DNA of 64,000 nucleotides from Sphingobacteriia bacterium (GTDB lineage Bacteria; Bacteroidota; Bacteroidia; J057; RFSG01): NCBI GenBank assembly GCA_009924095.1, contig RFSG01000001.1, positions 14,823 to 78,822 of the forward strand, read 5' to 3'. Shown piece by piece: positions 58,383 to 64,000 of this stretch (position 1 is its first letter; each line of letters starts with the position of its first letter). The notes under the pieces were generated by a model. It saw only the letters and a program-made list of their open reading frames with translations, ran no database searches and was not told where the DNA came from. The position numbers and the translations under genes were made by a program.

Positions 58383-59199
58383 ACTTCTAATGCGTATAGG
58401 TACTGCTACAGTCGGCATTCCTTTGTGTTTGGGATTAATTTGGTTTAAGCTGGAAGGCCTTTTGATTTTGGCGACCTGCTTATCTGGATTAGGTTTGTTT
58501 GAGTTTTATGTTGCTTTTGACACGGGTTTTAAAAAAAGAATTTTAGCTATTATTGGATTTCCCTTTTTTTTATTTTGGCTTTGTTTCCTTTTATTCTGGA
58601 AAATTCGACCAAAAGAAGAGCTTCTTTTTTTATCAATTATTCTGGTGTTCTCTTCCACCAGTATTGCCATTTTGTTTTCAAAATCCATCGAGAATTCTTT
58701 TCAAAAGATATCCCTAATCGTTGGGGGCTGGTGTTATATTCTTTTCCCAATAGCGTTGTGGGTCTTTTTATGTATCGATGGGAAAAACTACTATCATCCT
58801 GAAATCGGAATAGGATTGTTATTTTTAATATGGACCAGTGATACTCTAGCCTATTTTGGAGGAAAATTGTTTGGAAAACACAAACTCTTGCCATCGATTA
58901 GCCCAAAAAAAACTTGGGAAGGGGCTATAACCGGATTTGTATTTACACAACTAACTGCCTTTTTACTGGACAAATATTGGTCTGTTTCCTTTCATCCTTG
59001 GTGGTTAGCTGGTTTAGTAATTGGTGTTTTTTGTCCAATTGGAGATCTAGTAGAAAGCCAATGGAAAAGAAGCCTTTTAGTTAAAGACACTGGCAGTTTT
59101 TTACCAGGCCATGGCGGAATTTTGGATCGATTCGACGGGTTTTTACTGGCAATACCGATTTGGTATTGTGTGGTAAAGATTTGGTTGTGGGTGATTTAA
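58372..59199 (+). CDS. cdsA: Phosphatidate cytidylyltransferase
   Basis: SDTLAYFGGKLFGKHKL.PSISPKKTWEG and GHGGILDRFDG motifs. Overlaps the upstream gene by 11 nt. Confidence 0.9.
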   Translation: MNRELLMRIGTATVGIPLCLGLIWFKLEGLLILATCLSGLGLFEFYVAFDTGFKKRILAIIGFPFFLFWLCFLLFWKIRPKEELLFLSIILVFSSTSIAILFSKSIENSFQKISLIVGGWCYILFPIALWVFLCIDGKNYYHPEIGIGLLFLIWTSDTLAYFGGKLFGKHKLLPSISPKKTWEGAITGFVFTQLTAFLLDKYWSVSFHPWWLAGLVIGVFCPIGDLVESQWKRSLLVKDTGSFLPGHGGILDRFDGFLLAIPIWYCVVKIWLWVI

Positions 59200-59301
59200 A
59201 AGTTTTTTATCACTATTTCAAATATAATTGCGATTTGTATTGACACATAAATTATAAATCCTCCTAACTTTACGCACTTTTTAATTACACCTTATTCCTT
59301 T

Positions 59302-60570
59302 ATGAGCAACCATACAATCACCTCTCCGGCGGTTCATGAATCGCCGTTTGAATCCATGCTAAAACGATTCAACATTGCGGCGGATCTTCTTCAACTCGGT
59401 GAACGTGAGAGAGCCATTCTAAGCAAGCCCTCGAAAATCGTTATCGTTAATCTGCCTGTCCGTATGGACGATGGGAGTACTAAAGTTTATGAAGGATATC
59501 GAGTAGTTCACTCTACTGTTTTAGGTCCATCCAAAGGAGGTATCAGATATGCTCCTGAAGTGAACATGGATGAAGTTAAAGCCCTCGCTGCTTGGATGAC
59601 CTGGAAATGCGCTGTTGTTGGTTTGCCTTATGGGGGTGCTAAAGGAGGCATTACTTGCAACCCAAAACAAATGAGCGAAAATGAATTAGAAATGTTAACC
59701 CGTAAATATACAATTGCATTGCAAGATATTTTCGGTGTAAATCAAGACGTTCCTGCTCCCGATATGAATACTGGTCCAAGAGAAATGGGCTGGATTGTAG
59801 ATGAATATAGCCGAATTAAAGGATACCAACCGGGCGTAGTAACCGGAAAACCAATTGAACTTGGTGGTTCTTTAGGTCGTGTTGCTGCTACCGGTAGAGG
59901 AGTAATGACAACCGCTATGTGCGCCCTTGAAAAAATGGGGATCAAGCCATCTGATTGCACTGCTGCTGTTCAAGGTTTTGGTAACGTAGGATCCTATGGC
60001 GCTTTACTTCTAGCTGAAAAAGGCGTTAAAATTGTTGCCATCTCTGATGTTTCAGGTGGCTATCATAATACTGCTGGGATTGATATTGCAGCTGCGATGG
60101 AGTATGTTGCTACTCATAAATCCTTAGAAGGTTTTACAGGGGGAAGCAAAATTTCTAACGCAGAACTTTTATGCTTACCTATTGATATTTTAGTGCCTGC
60201 CGCTATGGAAGATGTAATCACCGTAACTAACGCTGGCGATATAAAAGCCAAGTTAATTGTGGAAGGTGCTAATGGTCCGGTTGCTGCTTCAGCTGATGCA
60301 ATTTTGGATAGTAAAGGAATTGTTATTGTTCCAGATATTTTAGCAAATTCCGGTGGAGTAACTGTGTCCTATTTTGAATGGGTACAAAATAGAAGAGGGC
60401 ATTACTACACAGAAGCAGAAGTAAATGCAAAAGCAGATCCAATGCTTATTCGTGCTTTTGAAGAAGTGTATGCTGCTTCAAAAGAATTTAAATGCAATAT
60501 GAGAATTGCTGCCTATGTGGTTTCTATTCGCAGAGTAGCAAAAGGATTGAAATATCACGGTAACTTGTAA
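59302..60570 (+). CDS. gdhA: Glutamate dehydrogenase (Glu/Leu/Phe/Val dehydrogenase family)
   Basis: 422 aa. LPYGGAKGG catalytic Lys motif, GFGNVG dinucleotide fold. Confidence 0.9.
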   Translation: MSNHTITSPAVHESPFESMLKRFNIAADLLQLGERERAILSKPSKIVIVNLPVRMDDGSTKVYEGYRVVHSTVLGPSKGGIRYAPEVNMDEVKALAAWMTWKCAVVGLPYGGAKGGITCNPKQMSENELEMLTRKYTIALQDIFGVNQDVPAPDMNTGPREMGWIVDEYSRIKGYQPGVVTGKPIELGGSLGRVAATGRGVMTTAMCALEKMGIKPSDCTAAVQGFGNVGSYGALLLAEKGVKIVAISDVSGGYHNTAGIDIAAAMEYVATHKSLEGFTGGSKISNAELLCLPIDILVPAAMEDVITVTNAGDIKAKLIVEGANGPVAASADAILDSKGIVIVPDILANSGGVTVSYFEWVQNRRGHYYTEAEVNAKADPMLIRAFEEVYAASKEFKCNMRIAAYVVSIRRVAKGLKYHGNL

Positions 60571-60583
60571 TTATTGCCAATTC

Positions 60584-60616
60584 AAAAAAAGCCAGCAAAG
60601 TTTGCTGGCTTTTTTT
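60584..60616 (+). terminator. Rho-independent terminator of gdh
   Basis: A7-GCCAGCAAA/TTTGCTGGC-T7. It lies inside the track's 5' extension of the next ORF, which argues for the start at 60640. Confidence 0.7.
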
Positions 60617-60639
60617 GCTTTATCTCTTTAATAAACTAT

Positions 60640-61386
60640 ATGGATGGAACTTATGGTCTCCTCGGGAAAAAACTAAAACACAGCTTCTCTAAATTATATT
60701 TTGAAAGCAAATTTGAAGCACTAAAAATATCTTCCCAATACAATTTATTTGAATTGGAAAACATTCAAGATATTAAAGATATTTTTTCTCTTTATTCTGA
60801 TTTAAAAGGGTTAAATGTTACTCTCCCGTATAAAACAAGTATTATTCCTTTTCTAGATGAACTTGATCCCCTCGCTGAAGCCTGTGGAGCTGTAAATTGT
60901 GTTGTCGTTAAAGACGGTAAAACCATTGGTTATAATACTGATATTTATGGATTTCATCTTTCTCTTCAGCGTTTTCTTCCGAAAGATTTTAAAAAATCAA
61001 AAGCTTTAATCTTGGGTACAGGAGGGGCTTCTCGTGCAGTAGCTCTCGTCGTTTCTGAATTTTTTAACGCCTCTTTTTTGAAGGTCTCCAGAACGCCTCA
61101 ATCTGTCGAAAATATAATTACCTATTCTGATTTATTTACTTTGGATTTAAATAAATATCCCTTAATTATTAATACAACCCCTGTGGGTATGTTTCCCTTA
61201 ATTGATGACAAACCCGATTTTCCTTATGAAAAACTATCAGAAAAGTTTTGGGTATTTGATTTAATTTATAATCCCGAAAAAACACTTTTTTTGTCTGCCG
61301 CAGAGAAACAACAAGCGCATATTAAAAATGGTTTAGAAATGTTATATCTTCAAGCAGAAAAAGCCTGGGAAATATGGCAATCCTAA
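60640..61386 (+). CDS. aroE: Shikimate dehydrogenase
   Basis: YGLLGKKLKHSFS, NVTLPYK, GYNTD, ILGTGGASRA. Confidence 0.85.
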   Translation: MDGTYGLLGKKLKHSFSKLYFESKFEALKISSQYNLFELENIQDIKDIFSLYSDLKGLNVTLPYKTSIIPFLDELDPLAEACGAVNCVVVKDGKTIGYNTDIYGFHLSLQRFLPKDFKKSKALILGTGGASRAVALVVSEFFNASFLKVSRTPQSVENIITYSDLFTLDLNKYPLIINTTPVGMFPLIDDKPDFPYEKLSEKFWVFDLIYNPEKTLFLSAAEKQQAHIKNGLEMLYLQAEKAWEIWQS

Positions 61387-61847
61387 AAACATTTTTTTGG
61401 GGTTTTTTCCGGTTTTTTATTCTCAGCTTTTTTTTAACTGCTTTTTCTCAAACACCCTGTAATGAAAAAACATTAAATCAATTTTTAGAAAAGAACCGTT
61501 GGGATATACCAACCATTCTCCCGAAAAAGGAGTTGAAATTTGGTAATAAACTCTCAAGTCAAAAAGAGTTTGTTAAAATTAAAATATATTGGGGGGAATG
61601 GTGTTCAGATAGTGAAAAATGGGTGCCGTTGGCCGTCACTTTGTTTTCAACGATAAAAAACAGACAGCTAACTTTTATCGAATTAAATCAAGGAAAACTG
61701 GACACCTGTAAACAAAAACCTCAAGAGAATATTTTATTCTTGCCTACTTTTATTTTTTATAAAAATGACCATGAAGTAGGCAGAATCATTGAAAACCCAA
61801 GCAAAAAAGGACTAGCGCATGATTCATATAAAATTCTTAATCCATAA
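61374..61847 (+). CDS. Thioredoxin-fold protein (single-Cys WCxxS variant), secreted
   Basis: Signal peptide, YWGEWCSDSEKW, and FLPTFIFY (cis-Pro region). Overlaps aroE by 13 nt. Confidence 0.5.
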   Translation: MAILKTFFWGFFRFFILSFFLTAFSQTPCNEKTLNQFLEKNRWDIPTILPKKELKFGNKLSSQKEFVKIKIYWGEWCSDSEKWVPLAVTLFSTIKNRQLTFIELNQGKLDTCKQKPQENILFLPTFIFYKNDHEVGRIIENPSKKGLAHDSYKILNP

Positions 61848-61887
61848 ATTGAAACACAAGATTATTGGTTAAGTTATTAACAATGTG

Positions 61888-61895
61888 TATATTTG
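61888..61895 (+). promoter_or_regulatory. Bacteroidota -7 promoter box (TATATTTG)
   Basis: Exact TAnnTTTG 47 nt upstream of the ATG at 61943. Confidence 0.35.
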
Positions 61896-61942
61896 AACTC
61901 CTCACAGATGTATAGGTTGCCCTCGCTTTTTCTGCCTGTAGT

Positions 61943-62866
61943 ATGACAAAACTAAATTGGACAATTAGAATTCTCGGATTTTTTTGTTTGTGTTTATTAG
62001 CCTCCTTGGCAAATGCCCAAGGGCGAAGATCCTATTTTACGGTTGGGCCAGCAATTGGTTTTAGTAATTACCTAGGAGATCTGGATGATGACTTCTTTTT
62101 CTTCAAGTTTACAAAACCTGCTATTGGCGTAAATGTTCAGTATTATTTTGATCCACACTTACATGTTAGGCTGGGTGCCTATCAAGCTTGGGTAGGTGCA
62201 ATGGATGCCGCTTCTAATAATGCTGGTCGACAAGCCCGTAACCTTCATTTTCGTTCCCCTTTAACTGAGGTTTCAGTTCATTTAGTGTATGATTTTATTG
62301 GGAATTATAGAAGATATAAATACCGCCCTTTTTGGACCCCTTACCTTTTTGCTGGATTAGGAGTTTATGCCTATAATCCAAAAGCTAAATATTATGACCA
62401 AGCCCAAAATAAATCTGTTTGGGTTGAACTTCAACCCTTAGGAACTGAAGGTCAATTTTTACCCCTCCTTGATCAAGGGTATCCAAGACCTTATGCTTTA
62501 ACTCAAATAAACATTCCTTTTGGTGTAGGTATACGTTATAAGTTTACTTATTTAATGGATATTGGTTTCGAAGTTGGATTAAGAAAATTATTTACCGATT
62601 ATTTAGATGATGTTAGTAGCGTGTATCCTAATTTGAGAGCTATGCAACAACAAAATCCTAAATCTTACATTCTTTCTGATAGATCCTATGACCTTTTAAA
62701 TAATCAAGGAATACCTAACCACCGCTATGGTGCTGGATCGGGAAACATCAGGGGGTTTTCTAATCAGGATGATTGGTATGTTTTCACTATGTTAACCATT
62801 GATTATATAATCGATGCACGGAAATGTCCAAGATTTGGGCCTAAGAAATTCGGTCGAAGAAGATAA
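61943..62866 (+). CDS. Outer-membrane beta-barrel protein (DUF6089-like)
   Basis: Signal peptide ...LANAQ, GPAIGFSNYLGDL, and alternating beta-strand pattern. Its position upstream of uppS-bamA is typical for Bacteroidota. Confidence 0.6.
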   Translation: MTKLNWTIRILGFFCLCLLASLANAQGRRSYFTVGPAIGFSNYLGDLDDDFFFFKFTKPAIGVNVQYYFDPHLHVRLGAYQAWVGAMDAASNNAGRQARNLHFRSPLTEVSVHLVYDFIGNYRRYKYRPFWTPYLFAGLGVYAYNPKAKYYDQAQNKSVWVELQPLGTEGQFLPLLDQGYPRPYALTQINIPFGVGIRYKFTYLMDIGFEVGLRKLFTDYLDDVSSVYPNLRAMQQQNPKSYILSDRSYDLLNNQGIPNHRYGAGSGNIRGFSNQDDWYVFTMLTIDYIIDARKCPRFGPKKFGRRR

Positions 62867-62887
62867 GTTTCGCTAATTTTGATTCGG

Positions 62888-62920
62888 AAAGCGTATTGGC
62901 TGTACTAATACGCTTTTTTT
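62888..62920 (+). terminator. Rho-independent terminator
   Basis: GCGTATT-(9 nt)-AATACGC followed by T7. Confidence 0.6.
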
Positions 62921-62931
62921 ATTGATCTGAA

Positions 62932-63681
62932 ATGTCAGATTTACTGCATACCCTGAACCCCAAAAATATTCCCCAACATGTAGCCATAATTATGGATGGC
63001 AACGGTCGTTGGGCGAAAATGAAAGGAAACTCCAGAATATTTGGACATCAATCCGCTATTGAAGCCGTTAGAGACACGACCGAAGGAGCTGTAGCATCAG
63101 GAATAAAATATCTCACCCTTTACGCTTTTTCTACAGAAAACTGGAAAAGACCCAAGTTTGAAGTAAATGCTTTGATGGAGTTGTTGGTAATGACCATACG
63201 AAAAGAAACTCCGACACTTCAAAAAAACAACGTTCAACTTAAGGCTATTGGAAATATTTCCGAGCTACCATCGGGTTGCCAAGACCAATTGCAAGAGGCG
63301 ATGTCCATAACACAAGATAACACAGGGATGGTCTTAAACCTAGCCTTATCCTATGGGGGAAGATGGGATATCTTAGCGGCTACTCGCAAACTTATGGAAG
63401 ATGCTATTAAGGGGTTGATTTCACCAAATGATTTAACAGAAAAAATATTCTCTGATTGTTTAAGCACTAAGTTCTTACCTGATCCAGAATTAATGATTCG
63501 TACTAGCGGTGAATTTAGGGTAAGCAACTTTTTGCTTTGGGAAATCGCTTATGCTGAAATACACATCACTCAAAAATTATGGCCTGATTTTCGAAGAAAT
63601 GATCTTTATTTAGCTATTCAAGACTATCAGAAACGCGAACGACGTTTTGGTAAAACAAGTGAACAGATTAATCCTGCATGA
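62932..63681 (+). CDS. uppS: Undecaprenyl-diphosphate synthase (isoprenyl transferase)
   Basis: HVAIIMDGNGRWA, FSTENWKRP, RTSGE.R.SNFLLW. Confidence 0.95.
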   Translation: MSDLLHTLNPKNIPQHVAIIMDGNGRWAKMKGNSRIFGHQSAIEAVRDTTEGAVASGIKYLTLYAFSTENWKRPKFEVNALMELLVMTIRKETPTLQKNNVQLKAIGNISELPSGCQDQLQEAMSITQDNTGMVLNLALSYGGRWDILAATRKLMEDAIKGLISPNDLTEKIFSDCLSTKFLPDPELMIRTSGEFRVSNFLLWEIAYAEIHITQKLWPDFRRNDLYLAIQDYQKRERRFGKTSEQINPA

Positions 63682-64000
63682 TCCGTCTTAAGATTTTAAT
63701 TTTACTTTTTATTTGCTGTTCACCTCTATTTTCAGAAGCTCAGTCTGTTAAACCTGATTATGATAAACCTAAGGAATATGTCCTCTCAGGAATAAATGTT
63801 GAATCCTCAGGAACAACCGATAAAAATACTTTAATCGCCTTATCAGGTTTAACCATTGGAAAAACAATATCTGTTCCCGGCCCGGAAATAGCGGATGCAA
63901 TTAAAAAACTTTGGAAACAAGGACTATATTCTAATATTGAAGTAGAAGTAGAAAACATCGTCGGGAATACTGTATTTCTCCTGATTCGTGTTACCGAACG
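63678..64000 (+). CDS. bamA: Outer membrane protein assembly factor BamA, N-terminal (POTRA1) part; continues past the window
   Basis: Not in the track. My translation from the ATG at 63678 (ATGA overlap with the uppS stop) reads MIRLKILILLFICCSPLFSEAQSVKPDYDKPKEYVLSGINVESSGTTDKNTLIALSGLTIGKTISVPGPEIADAIKKLWKQGLYSNIEVEVE.... Confidence 0.85.
   Translation, partial: MIRLKILILLFICCSPLFSEAQSVKPDYDKPKEYVLSGINVESSGTTDKNTLIALSGLTIGKTISVPGPEIADAIKKLWKQGLYSNIEVEVENIVGNTVFLLIRVTE

Noticed and set aside
1-64000. Search for CRISPR arrays, IS elements or transposases, integrases, and known defence-system genes.
   Set aside because: No regularly spaced direct repeats, no terminal inverted repeats flanking a transposase-like ORF, and no nuclease/ATPase/defence-type ORFs were seen. 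The window is essentially core chromosome.

Overview
This is an AT-rich, densely coding chromosomal segment that is almost certainly from a gliding member of the Bacteroidota. The evidence is a set of T9SS/gliding genes (gldH, gldJ, a PorP/SprF-like gene, porU, porV), Bacteroidota-typical families (DUF2851, DUF3078, DUF6089), and exact TAnnTTTG -7 promoter boxes upstream of many starts. Most of the window is housekeeping: dnaN, pdxA, recR, murF, typA, upp, ilvE, aroE, uppS, the 5' end of bamA, cdsA, dusB, gdh, kbl, hbd, a biotin carboxylase, an ALDH7-type dehydrogenase, and tRNA-Arg(CCG) and tRNA-Asn(GTT). It also carries envelope and polysaccharide genes: a giant SLBB Wza-like exporter with a kinase-less PCP, several glycosyltransferases, and a GT87-like/deacetylase-like/FemAB-like operon. 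I found no CRISPR array, IS element, integrase or recognisable defence system, and I cannot point to a clearly novel multi-gene system. The observations most worth a second look are these. (1) A RhuM-Doc/Fic fusion gene next to tRNA-Arg is split by one in-frame TAA. (2) Three further disrupted or decayed genes are present: a typA C-terminal frameshift, a TlpA-like thioredoxin frameshift, and a multiply broken small ORF in the 800-bp gap beside dnaN. (3) A secreted protein carries two TonB-C-like domains joined by a roughly 260-aa E/K/A-rich linker. (4) An uncharacterised GT87-like/CE4-like/FemAB-like operon is translationally coupled to upp. (5) A PorP/SprF-like gene and gldJ form an operon divergent from porU-porV. 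(6) An hscA-like/HDAC-like pair is tightly coupled, and the hscA-like start codon overlaps the divergent exporter start. Functional calls come from motif recognition by eye, with no database searches.
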